The notes beneath the pieces were generated by a model, which saw only the letters and a program-made list of their open reading frames with translations, was not told where the DNA came from and did not search any database. DNA of 64,000 nt. Origin: Nymphaea colorata. Lineage: Eukaryota. The position numbers and the translations under genes are program-made. Below are positions 1-12,523 of the stretch, piece after piece; within the stretch, counting starts at the first letter, position 1; every line of letters begins with the position of its first letter. The stretch lies in contig NC_045138.2 of the NCBI RefSeq assembly GCF_008831285.2, positions 4,526,001-4,590,000 of the forward strand. Direction: 5' to 3'.

Positions 1-92
1 CAATCTGGCCCTATTTGCTATCTTTGCAGGAGAGATTGTACTGCAGTCCTTTGTTGGGTGCCTCTTGAGAAAAGTTATCCTTTAACTTACAG

Positions 93-2248
93 GCATGGGT
101 TTGCTATAGGTCTGCAAAGAGGACCACAACTATGTTACTCTACCATCTCATATGGGGAGTTTGAGGAGGCCCACACTGATCTGCCGAATGACGAGGAGCT
201 GATTCCTAACAAAAGAGAGATCCAACCACAAGGAGTGGACCCAAAAAAGGGTTGGAATTTCAGAGGCGTACACCGGGTATTTCTCTGTTTTCGTTTTAAG
301 CTTGGGAAGTGACTATGGAACTAAAAAATTTATTATTACTTAATAAATCATATACATGAGGAACTAACTCAGGCATATTTCCTCTAGGCAATTATTTGTG
401 GTAGACTTGGACAAGCTCCGGTTCAGAAAATCCTCAGGAATGGCCGGACTGTAACCATTTTCACAGTGGGAACAGGAGGCATGTTTGACCAAAGAACTAT
501 CTGGTCAGAGAACATGCCAAGACCAGTTCAGTGGCACAGGATTGTTGTACATAATGAAGCGCTTGGTGCATATGCTGTTCAAAAACTTATGAAAGAGTAT
601 GTATGTTTAATCTCTTCATTCATTTTGGTTTCAACTTTTTACAGTTTTTCTTTCTCGAACAATTTTTTCAGTCCATGCCACCTTAGTACCTACTAGTGCA
701 GCTCTGCAGTTAATATACTAAATTGGTTTTGTATAGTTCTAACTGTGTCCTTTCCTTCTTCTCTTGTTTCAATACTTAGCTCACCAGTTTATGTTGAAGG
801 GGACATTGAGACAAGAGTCTATAATGACAGCATCAATGGGCTGGTGAAAAATGTCCCTGAGATATGCATCCGGCGTGATGGTACGAACTTGTAAATTTGT
901 AATATTTTGCTTTGCATGTGCCTTAAACATAAGCACCCACTGGTTTTCATAAATATTTGATGATATTTGATCTGATTTCCTCATTGAGCAATTTGAGGAA
1001 AATATACAAGGATTAGTGGAGATCCATCGGAAGCATTAATAGGTCATATCCCTTTCTATGCTACTCCAGAACAATCTCTACTAAATTGCGGTTAATGTTG
1101 TGTTAAGTTTCTTTATTATTCTGGGTTCTTCTCATTTATGAGATTTGAGAAAACAAACTTTTCCCCTACATGTTTTTAAGATATGGTTGTAAAATTTGGG
1201 TTTTCTAATGTTCTAAAAAAAACTTGAATACTACTCACCTTGTTGTCTCCCATTATTGCACTAGGCCTCTTTTCCGGTATAATCCTAGCTGGGAACCAAT
1301 TGCAAATATGCTAGCTGGCTAGTGTGCTGATCACATTTCTGATCAGCACATGGATGCAATCAAATGCCTGAAAAACCTTAGAGTTAAGCATTCATTTCTG
1401 GACTTGAAAGTCCGATAAAATATAATGCAGGTTTAGCAAAAGTAGGGTAATTCCATTGTTTTCTAGTGAACCCAATCTGGTGACTGCATTTGCAATTGGG
1501 CATGGTTCATTTGCTAGAGATTTGATACTTGAGTAACTATTGTAAGTCAGCCTAAATTGGCTGATTTGAATCAAATTGGTGGGATGCTCCTCCCATTATC
1601 AGCTGACACAGGGGTGCCACGTGTAATACACAATTCACTTTAAAATTATTTTTTAAATATTTGAAACTTTTCCCAAGTTTTTTGCATAATTGTTTTTTTC
1701 AATTTATTAATTATTATTATTATTATTATCATTATATATTTAATTTATTTTATAAAAGTAAATATAATAATAACTTTTTGCTGTTTCATATCCTTCATTT
1801 GTATCATGATTCATGGATAGTTCTTGTGCAGAATTTGAAACACTTGAAAAATCTTCCATGTTCTGTAATAAATAAACGAAGAACTGTTCCTGTTGACATA
1901 GTTCTCTCTCTCTTTTTCTCTCTCTTGTTATATATATATATATATATATAGATATTCTAGTGGGTGGACATGCAGCTTCAGGTAGTATTGAACATACATA
2001 AATACATATATACAATGTACATGCACATGAATATGCTATATAGTCAAAAGCGTTAAACAATTTCTTAGTGCTAAACCTTGCCTAGGGCCTAGCCAAGGCT
2101 AGGCTGCTCCAGGCAATCCACAGAAAAAGTACAAAAAGTAAATAAGCAAAAAGAAAGTTCATAATTAAATATTAAATAATTTACAAGCATTGTGGCACAC
2201 ATACAAAACACAAATTGATTCAGCAAATCCAAGAAATGATGATTAAAC

Positions 2249-2295
<47 letters not shown>

Positions 2296-4559
2296 TTCGA
2301 ACTTTACCAAAGAAAAATGCATATTACATAATTGAAAACTCCATAACATGCACTTATGACACCAGAACAAAATTGAAGACATATAGGTGTTAACAACACT
2401 AAGACAATAACTGATTATGTGAATTAACACCAACAACTATATTGAGCACACAAATTTTGACTAGCTAGAAATAACCACAACTGACTAATATTAGCAAATA
2501 GCTAACGTGCCTGGTTTACCAGCATCTACACAAAAAATGCAACGTTAAAACAAAAACCAATTAAGAATACTAGATTAAGAAAAATAGAGCCATAACAAAA
2601 GGAAAAGTTGGGGGGGGGGGTGTGAAAGAAGAAACGAGTTAAAAAGGAACAGAAAAATCAGAGAGGAAGGTGGCAGGAGAAAAATCAAGAGAAATGAAAA
2701 CAAAGAGAAGGCATTGGCAACCCTTTTTTTTTGTTGTCTTAATTGAAAAAAGCCTTTGATACATGGAAGCCTATGTGTGACCATGCCTAGGAACATTCCG
2801 TAAGGACCTAGATTCCCTAGTTGTTTTGGCCACCTATAACCGCTATGCCGAAGCTGCCAAGGTATACTAGATAGCATAGAGATCTCAAGCGTAAGCCAAA
2901 TGAGATTGTGGTTGCATAGTGAATATATATGTTGCTTGCGAATAAATTGATAAACCTATGTCACATGGGTGCAGGTGTCAGTGTGAGTGTGGGTTGTGGC
3001 AAATTTCAGAAAAACATGGGTGCAGGTAAGATGAGGGTGTGCAGATATCACGATATTTTCAAAAATATTGTGATATTAACGCCAAAAATAAGAAAAACGA
3101 AAAAAAGGGAAAAAGTCATGATATTTTGAAAAAATTGAGAAAAAATATGTATCACGTTATTATCGTGATTTTTTCATTTCTCTATTTTTTAGCATTGACA
3201 TTATCATAGATTCAAATATAAACTTAAACTAACTTATTTTCTTCATTTTTATTGTCATTAGAACATTCCTTTTATCACTGTTATATAGTTTTATTTATAT
3301 TTTCCTATTAGTTTCTCATTTATTTCATTTATACCCAATTTTTTTTCCGAGTTTTTTCCCAAGATTTTCTCAAAAAATGCAACTTTGTTGTTAAATCCAA
3401 GAAAAATCTCGCCGATAAAAACCCGAGAACGTTATTTGTGACAATGGGGTGTGTGTGTGTGTGGGTGTGTGTGTGTGTGTATATATATACAAAGTCACAT
3501 CCTAGATTCCAAAATCTGTAGCCTTTTATTTTTTCCATGTAATATACATTCTCACACACACACACACACCCCATTGTCACAAATAACGTTCTCGGGTTTT
3601 TATCGGCGAGATTTTTCTTGGATTTAACAGCAAAGTTGCATTTTTTGAGAAAATCTTGGGAAAAAACTCGGAAAAAAAATTGGGTATAAATGAAATAAAT
3701 GAGAAACTAATAGGAAAATATAAATAAAACTATATAACAGTGATAAAGGGAATGTTCTAATGACAATAAAAATGAAGAAAATAAGTTAGTTTAGCTGTTA
3801 AATCCAAGAAAAATCTCGCCGATAAAAACCCGAGAACGTTATTTGTGACAATGGGGGGTGTGTGTGTGTATATATATATACAAAGTCACATCCTAGATTC
3901 CAAAATCTGTAGCCTTTTATTTTTTCCATGTAATATACATTCTCTGGAGTCTGATTTCAGATTTTACAATCTTACTCACAACATAAGTAGGCATTAAACA
4001 AGTAGTTGTTGTATAAATAATTAAATATATGGTATATATTACATATAACATATATAAGACTGGTTTACAAAACTGGTAATACATGTATATAACTTATATA
4101 AGCTTCGTTTTTCCTAGGGAAGGTTTAAAAAAATGCCTAATCAGTTGGTAGTTGCTATTTCAGTCTCCACTGGCTTCAATGTCTATGGCTTATAATGGGA
4201 CAGGTTTAGGATGATTTTTTGTGCTGGTCAAATCATGCTGTATGGACTGTGGAATTGGATCCATTGATGTAACAATGCTGGTCAATGAATTGATTTTTCC
4301 TCTTCTTGCAAGGTCCATAGGTTTCAGAAAATCTATTTATTGTTACAAACTTACAATCAATCTCTTAAATTTAATTTTCCATCAAAACCTTAACAGGCAA
4401 GGTTCGCCTTATTAGGACATCTGAAGGCATCAGCAGTGCTTCACTTGATGACCTAAGTAAGATTCTTATTCCTTTAATTGTTGTCATGCTTTTAGCCGCT
4501 TTGCAGTTGTAACTATAATATCATAATGATTATTGCTCCCAGGAGAAGGCTTATTTTAG
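93..4559 (+). CDS. MTSSB: Mitochondrial single-stranded DNA-binding protein (OB-fold SSB), 5'-partial, multi-exon
   Basis: GT-AG exons read at 93(or 30)-276, 388-596, 780-880, 4397-4456 and 4543-4559 splice in frame. The product reads ...PQGVDPKKGWNFRGVHR|AIICGRLGQAPVQKILRNGRTVTIFTVGTGGMFDQR...QWHRIVVHNEALGAYAVQKL..|SPVYVEGDIETRVYNDSING..PEICIRRDG|KVRLI...LDDL|REGLF*, the conserved plant mtSSB sequence. The start codon and transit-peptide exon probably lie upstream of the window. Confidence 0.95.
3225..3944. repeat. Complex intronic duplication: ~240-bp inverted repeat (3225-3463 / 3553-3793) plus direct re-duplication (3794-3944 = ~3387-3553)
   Basis: 3553-3793 is the reverse complement of 3225-3463 with about 2 substitutions and a (TG)n length difference. 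3794-3944 directly repeats ttaaatccaagaaaaatctcgccg...taatatacattctc. Confidence 0.95.
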
Positions 4560-4779
4560 ACTGTGGCATGATCAAGCATGGTAACATGGTACGGGCTTGG
4601 TTATTTGTGACGGCACTTCATTGCAGCGATGACAGCCACCAAGATTTTGATATGTTTGTATTGTTGAATCCATATTCTAAGTTCATCGGGCAGTGTTAAA
4701 GAGAGTGATCATGGTGTTTACTTTTGTAATGACAGGTCCACTAATTTCTGCAAAACAGTTGCTTGCACATGCACACTCA

Positions 4780-4845
<66 letters not shown>

Positions 4846-6307
4846 TGAAGGCTATGCGTTTGCTACTCTTCGTTACCTGCACATAGATACGGGGAAGGCA
4901 TACTTTTCTTTCTAGTCGGCATCCATCAAGATCATGGTCGCTGTTCAAAAGAGATTTGCCACTCCATCAAGAGAGAGGGGCCATATATTTGTTGTATATC
5001 ATTTGTCTAGATGAAGATAGGTGATCTGAGGGCTAAGCAGATAATTACCGAGCATGCTAACAGTACTGTGCCCCAAGTAACCTTTCCAACCTTAAGGCCA
5101 AAGTTCACACGTCTATCTAGGTGGTGGAGTTCATTTTGATGCAACTTCCGTATTCATGCCACTGCTAACTGATGAGAACTGCTTCTCTTTGTAGCCTTCA
5201 CATTTTTTATATTTTTTCGATCCATATTTTACATGTTTGCAATGGCCTTGTTTTCCTGAGAAAAACCTGAACTTCTAGCTTATGAAGGTTCAGTCGTATT
5301 CTTGCCATCAACAGAGCGATATGAAATCAAAAGTCGGCGAATGTGTAAAATTTCAGTGGTATGACATTAAAAAGGTTGGATATGCATCGATGGTTACTAT
5401 CGTCGCTCGTTTTCTCATGCATTTGCGCGACACCAACACATTTTATCTTTGAGCTGGTTCTTGTTTAGATTGTCGGTGCTCATATCGGTGTTGCAGAAAC
5501 CTTGCCGTGCTATTAGGCTTAGGTGGACTTGAATCAAGATTCTGTGAAATGAATTTGGGGTCTCATATCATATGGAGCTAAAATCAGATCATCAGATATA
5601 TATCCTGGCTCCCTATTGTGAGGGGCAAGTTACTAGAGGCTTCCTTTTCATCTTTATCTGATAAGCAAATACTCATCTCTAGGAAGCTAGCAAACTTAGC
5701 GCCTTGCCTAACCCCCACGCAGCCATTGTCCGAAGGGATCATCGACAGTGGTAATGGGAGTCGTGAAGCTTTCTTTAGTCTCACCTTTGCTTTGCTATTC
5801 CTAGACTTTTATTGATTCCTCATCGTCAGCATAGAATGAGTTAACACTAAGGAAAAAACTGCAGCATGTGATTCTTCAATAATTGAATTTTAAAACTGTT
5901 TCTCTCTAACCCTTCTGTCGAGGTTGTGATCATGTGATCCAGCCATCAAAAGCTAAAGACTTCTGACTGAAGCTGATGCGCCCTTTGGAGAGATCAGATG
6001 ACTTCATATAAGGATCATACTGGTTCCGTCAGACGAGTTTAATGAAATTCTGTGATGCACAGTAATTCTCAATATCACAGTGAAAGAAAATGGCCAAGTG
6101 AGAGCAGCAGGCCCGGTTAAAGTGATTGATGCAAGGACATGCGCTACCCACAGAAATTTAGAGGTGAAACCATGTAGCCCACAAAGGGAGGAAAGTTTTC
6201 ATGCAACTTATGATACACAGTTTTCTTCGTACTATTATGGTACAGGTGTTGCTAGCTTTTAACTTCTTAACAGTGAAAAGAAAGCAACGAGAAGAGGGAG
6301 AAGTTTA

Positions 6308-8077
6308 TCAAGAAGTAGGCATGTCTTTAAACAGTTCCCTGATGTCATCTTGTTGTTTCTTACTCAAGTGTGCAGGAAATTTTACTTGAAACTGGACCCG
6401 GAGGTCCCCTTTCTTCCCTTGCTCTTTTATGTCAGGCATTCCTTGGCCCTTAATTATCTTCTCATAGCCGGGATATATGACGTCACTCAATGCCAAACAC
6501 ATCTTCTCTCCTCCAAGAAGCGGTATAGAAAGTGTACATCCAGTAAGAGCCTTGACTAATGGGACTTCAATCACCAAGATCAGGTCATTTCCATCCCTCC
6601 TGAACAAAGGATGATGCTTCTCCACTATCAAGAATACCAAGTCGGCTGGAAGCATGCCCGGCCGCTCATCACCCAAACATTCAAATGTGATCTTGGTCCC
6701 TGTCCTCCACCCGGGCTTCACTTTTATCTTCAATTTCTCCTGCTCTAGAACTGTCTTCCTGCAAAACTCACAGCAGGTTGAATATAATTACTGTAAATCA
6801 ACCCCACCATGCAAGGGTTCACAAGTTTGGACATGTCCAAATTTGTAGTCGCCATACTGAAAATATTATACATCACCACTGACTAATGAACAAAACAGCT
6901 AAACCAGCAACATAAAATATTCTCAGAACTGTAAGGTGATTTTAGGAGGATAGACTGATAGCATGAGACTTCAAAAGTGTTAGTATTCTGCTTCTTGACC
7001 GTCTCTTTTTAATGAAAAAGTTTAAGACATTCGTCGTGGAACAAATGAAAGGATGATAAGCTGCGGAAACAAGCAATAACTGAACAAAATGAAGAACATG
7101 AGTTTTCTTCTCTGTGGCGAATCTAATATAAGATAATGCAACACATGATGTTAACAAGATAAAATGAGTTCATACGTGCATGATGTATGTTCTGATTTTA
7201 TATTTCATTAATTTTTTGTTTCAGAATAGCGTGGGATTCTCGGAGAATGACATCTATTATATATTTGTCAGTACTCGCCAGAGTTTCTGACTAGTCACCA
7301 CTATCTCTGATATTTGTAAAAGGCGACAGACACTATCTCTGATATTTGAAAATGTCATATCTTGTCAAAATTTAGAGCCAATGAATAATATTTGCAAAAT
7401 ATTCTGACATTTCAAAATATTTCAAAAAGTGCGTCATAATTATTTTGCAAGTTTTTTGATGCTTTAAAATATGTTTCAACTTTCAAGTGTAATTTTCTAA
7501 ATGCCCCAGCCTTTCCTTTATATTTTTTGCGAGAAAACACTATAAAAGCGGCTGCTCAATAGCAATTCTGTCATCCTTTATAGTTTTTTGATTCAGAATT
7601 TCTGAAATTTCCACCAAAGAAGCTGGTTTTTTCTTTATTTCAGAAGATAGAAATGTCAGTGAAGAAAGTTCCTGATAAATTCAATATATTTTTTTTTTTG
7701 GTGACTATGATCTCATCTGACTGCGAAACATAACTCAAAAGCAGTCGAGAAGGCTACAATTATCCATGAAGGTGATGACATTGATGAAGGGCATGGTGCA
7801 CTGCTCACCCATTCATTCCGGTGACCTCTCTAGCGATAAGGATATTCTTGACACAGCCTTGGCAAAGCTCCTCCAAAGTGCACTCGAGTTTGCGTTCGGT
7901 GGGTGGAGCCTTGATTATGAACGTTGATTTCACACGACTGGATATGTGCCTGGCGAACGCGCTGTCAGCGGACTGATGCCTGTAAACATTGGAAGGAGAA
8001 GGCATGCCCGAGTTTGAGGTGGTTGCCTCATTGCTTGCAGCTTCTCCACCAATGCCCCTGTACTCAAATCCGTTCAT
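6308..8077 (-). CDS. DnaJ/Hsp40 class B (DNAJB4-like) C-terminal substrate-binding domain protein; J-domain apparently lost
   Basis: Exons 8077-7809 (donor GG|GTGAG) and 6758-6308 (acceptor TTTTGCAG|G) join in frame: KAPPTERKLECTLEELCQGCVKNILIAREVTGMNG|KTVLEQEKLKIKVKPGWRTGTKITFE..GDERPGMLPADLVF..HPLFRRDGNDL..ALTGC..IPLLGG..PGYEKIIKGQGMP. This is the typical plant DnaJ_C domain. The ATG at 8077 is the only in-frame start in this exon. Confidence 0.85.
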
Positions 8078-9464
8078 GATTTTTCCCGTCTTCCTTGATC
8101 AATGCCTGGAGGAAATGAAGAACCATTGACTAATGATGCCTACAGGAAAACATGCTTTGTTATGAAGTAAAAGGTTATGCCAAGAAAGAGGAGATTAAGG
8201 GTCATATAATCATATCCATTACATAAAACATATGTTTGACCATGTAGGATTTTGGTTCTCTGATCTAAGTGAAATGGACCAACTCCAGTTTCCTGCATAC
8301 TTGGAGTATTTATGATCGATCATTTAGATCACTAGCAGCATCGGGTTCGTAAAGACTGCAAGATATACATGCTGAACTAAGCCGTCTCATGAGATATAAA
8401 TCATATTTATGTAGCGAGAGGGTTTTAATCATTTGCAAGGATATTCGAACAAGCCGCAGCTATGTTGGTTGTCAGCTTACTAATGTCCCCAATTAAAGTA
8501 TCCCGCATGCTTTCTGCAAATTGCGGAATATGTGAGGCACACACACATGTACACATTTTTCTTTTGCAGTTGAAATGGAATAACCTTAAACCAATTCTCG
8601 AGGCCATGTACCATGGATTTCATTTTTGATATGGTTGACAAAAGAATATCATCAACATATATGTAAATCTCCTTTTTTCTTTTACTTTATAAAACAATTG
8701 TGAACAGGAAGGAAACCCAGTCATGCAGATAACATTTGCCCATTAAAAGCAGGTAGAAAACATATGTACAATTGGTAGGTTAATGCACTCTAACAGTCTG
8801 ATAATTTCATTTCTTTTCCTTCTTTTTCGCCTTACTACATTAATTAGCCGGTGAGGTCAGGGAGATCCCTTACCAAAATCTGCCAAAAAAGATCTAGGTA
8901 GTGAATTATTGACCTCCTTTTACTTCAAGGTCTTAAATCCGACCTCCTCGGAGGTAGTCGGAGTTCTGGTCGGCAACTGTTACCCAGGGTCCTATGCCAA
9001 AATTTATGCTCAAACGCTGCCTGCACATATTATTTGAACTATGCCAAAACGAAAAGGAAACTGTTTCTTTCAATATATGTCCATGAAGCCATGCGTGAAT
9101 CCCTATATATACATGTAAATGCATTCTTTGAGTGCTCCAAAAGGGAAAAAGGAGCAGGACTCAGGAGAACACAAGACAATCACATGAACATCATGTTCTG
9201 GAATATGGAGCATTTACATTTTACTGTACTGGAGAGTAAAGAAACAAAAAAGCAGAAAACAAAGGAGAGAAAACATACATGCTAAACAAGGAAAGCGTCG
9301 ATCATGGATTAAAAAAAAAACGAACATTTAAGGATGCGATCTTGTTTTCTTATGCATGGGCAATGCACGAGCCGCGGAAATGAAAGCCATCGAAGAGGAA
9401 GCATCCATACACATGGTTTAAGTATGCAAGGAAAACATTCAATTCATGCATAGGAAAATAGTAC

Positions 9465-9585
9465 CTGGCAATCTGAATTCAGCCTCCTTTTGGTGTTTTA
9501 AGAGATGGGTAGTGCTTAGAAAACTGCCATTTTAATCAGAAAAAAAAATTCTGTAGGCTGCGTCTTTTGGTAAAGGAGAAGCCCA
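9465..9585 (-). pseudogene. Degenerate J-domain exon 1 of the DnaJ gene
   Basis: The minus strand gives AAYR, LKWQFSKHYP and KEAEFR in different frames, resembling KAYRxLAMKWHPDKxP...EAExKF with the HPD motif lost. It ends at a CAG|GTAC donor at 9465/9464. Confidence 0.55.
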
Positions 9586-10195
9586 TGAAGACGCAGAGGA
9601 CCACAAGGAAGCCTTGCAGGCCTGCGCAGAGGGAGGAAGAGGAACGATGACGATGAGGCAACGGGGGGAGGAAGGGGGAAGAGGGAAAGCGAAAGAGGAA
9701 GAGAAAGAAAGGATTGGATCCAACCAAAATGCCAAGTTTGTTGAAGGATTCAACGGATTTTAAGGCCCTCTATTAGGTAATTTCTGTTTCATTGGTAATT
9801 CAAAACAAGTCATAGGCATGTGCCTTCTCTTTCTTTTTCATTTGTCGTTTTGTTTGAAATTGGATAAGCGTTCATGTATCAGGGAGGTTGTCAACGGATG
9901 GAATCGGGTAACTGGATCTTCCAAATATAGTCACTCACTGTTGGCTATTTTTTCTAGGGAAGATTTCAAATGCCCACCGGAAACTTTGCAGCCAAATTTG
10001 ATTGTGCATCAAAAGTTTGGATGGTTTCAATATTTCCCCAAAGTTTTTGTCACTGTTAAATCTCCGATTAGTGAATATCGATTAGCTTATCTTGGGTCAA
10101 AACTTATTACTCACAGTATATGCCCTGCTCTTATGTAACATGATTTCTGGTAAAAGCTGATGATGGTGTAAGAAATGTTCATGTTTGTTTACTTA

Positions 10196-10451
10196 GGGGG
10201 TGTTTGATAGCTTCAGATTTGAGTTTGTTGAAGATTTGAGAACCATGGATTTAATATCATACTCTCTCCTGATCCAACTTTTTCTCAAAGCAAACAGGTA
10301 AAATAAGGATCTTAAGTTTTGATGTTAGGTCTGACTTAAGATACTTAGTTTGATGAATCATGGACTTTACCATAGCTTTTTTTTGCCACATTAACAAAAG
10401 CATGTTACATCAAATCCATGGATTTCAAATCCAGAATAATCAAACAACGCC
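10196..10451. mobile_element. Tourist-like (PIF/Harbinger) MITE
   Basis: Termini GGGGGTGTTTGAT ... ATCAAACAACGCC, flanked by TTA and TAA. Confidence 0.55.
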
Positions 10452-11050
10452 TAAGAGTATTGCAATTCTTAGCTTGCTTAACCTTCCCGTTGTGCGCACT
10501 TCTAAATTCTTTCATAATGTTCATGTCCTTCCAGCCATTGTGATTCAAGTGGCAGGTATGCGGATAATAATCTGAAATCAACCCAATTTTTGTAACGTTT
10601 GCATCAATTACCCAATAGCAGATTGTGGTTGGGGTCAGACTTGGATTTGACAGATCAAATTTGATTCACACTTGGGTTGGTTCACATCAAGATTTAAGAT
10701 CACGTTCAGCTAAAATCCAAATTAAGATTTTATCTTCGTGTTTACATCTAAAAGCAGGTGCCTTGAACACCTTTTATGGGATTCAATTATATGCTTTTCT
10801 GTACATTTTTTTTTTCTTAAGATGCAGCAATATTGCAATGATTTATTTGTATTAAGTTTCAACGGCAACTGATAGATGTGTTTGGATCTGAATTTGTATT
10901 CATATGTACATAGCCGTTTTAGCTTACGACCTACTAGAATGCTGACTGAACTCAAGGGATTTGCACTACGGCGTGCTTGAAAATGACTTGTTGGTCTCCT
11001 CACTCTTCTCCTTATCCAGAGGGAGAGAGAAAACACTAAACTTTGTCTGG

Positions 11051-11462
11051 TTAGGATGTCAACGGATCGAATTCAAATCAGATATACCCTTAATCATATG
11101 TACTTTTTAGGATATTCACATGTTCGGATTCAAATTTGGATTCAGATACGAATAAAGAAAACTCATATCCGAATCCGAATGAGAAATCCAATTTTACAAT
11201 TTGATCTGAATTTTGAACCGGATTTTGCCAATTTTTAAAATGCAATAGAATTAGATACAATACATTTGTCTAAAAACGAATCCGATTTCAATCTGATCAG
11301 ATATTTATGTATATCTGAATCTGAATTTGATCGGATGTTATTTATTAAATCCGAATCCGATCCAATTTCTTATTCGGATATTAAAGTTTTTTTTATAGTT
11401 GATTTAATTGGATCGATTTAGTTGAATATCTGATTTAAATCGAATATATATTGACATCTCTA
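11051..11462. mobile_element. hAT-type MITE, TAGGGATGTCAA-TIR family with ATCCGA/TCGGAT subterminal repeats
   Basis: Ends TTAGGATGTCAA ... TTGACATCTCTA; the interior is rich in atccga/tcggat and similar to the copies at 20.1, 21.0, 21.7, 25.1 and 29.2 kb. Confidence 0.75.
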
Positions 11463-12523
11463 AATTCAATGGTGTAAAATGAAAACTCAAGATGCTTTGA
11501 TCTTTTATCTTTCATCAAACATGGTCATATCTGTCAATACACGTTTGCTAATCTATAAATGAATTATAGTTATATATAATAAAAAAATAAAACGTATAAA
11601 ATGCCAGGCTGCCTGCTGAATGAAGTGGCAGATTCAGCGTTCAACGTGAGTCAGTTACTATGAATTGACAAAAAGTGTTTTATGTCTTAAAAAAAGTATA
11701 TGACACGTGACACCTTTGTATCAGCTGTTTAAATTTGTAGCGATAGCATTTTGCGATAATAAATTAGCTGTTTAAGACTTAAAAAAACTCCTTTAAAAAA
11801 ACGTTAAATTGCTAAAACACAAAAAAACACGTTTTTTTTTTCATTTAATTCATTTTTTCACTCTTTTTAATGCCAAATTATTTTTTTTCATTTTATAATT
11901 GTTGCAAATCTACTTTTTTGGTGATGTTTATGTTATTAGTTTCTCACTTATTTTATTCTCTTTATTTTTAGTTTTTTTTAATTTTTAAAAATTTATGGTA
12001 TTTTTTTATTTTTTATTTTTTTTTCTTTAAAGCCGCACAAAAACCTTGCCTTTTAAAACTCAAAAAAGTTTGTTGTGACTATGTTTCAAATTATAAGAGC
12101 TTCCAGACTTTTGGTGCACAGAAGAATGAGATCTCAAGCTTGATAATTGGTGCTCTTTGTGAAAAAAGAAAAAGCTTTTTGAACAAATATTTCTCCTTTT
12201 CTCTTGCGAAGTTGAAGGCGTCTTTGTGAAACATTTCATGCACATAATTGTCAGCTCATCACTCAAAGTCAAGGTTGTTTGACTAAAAGAAATTGAGCAT
12301 TTCAGTACTTCTCGATCAGCAAGATGGTTAAAACCTGATCGGAAATGTTTGATAAATCTAAAATAACATAAAACAATTCATTTTAAATTGTCATCACATT
12401 CAATTCACGATTTTTTTTGTCTCATAAGATCTGAGATCATAATTCAAATCAAATTTGAAGAAAACCAGCTAAAAGAAAGACCTTGAACCACACGACGTGT
12501 TATAAAATTGGAGAGTCCCCATC

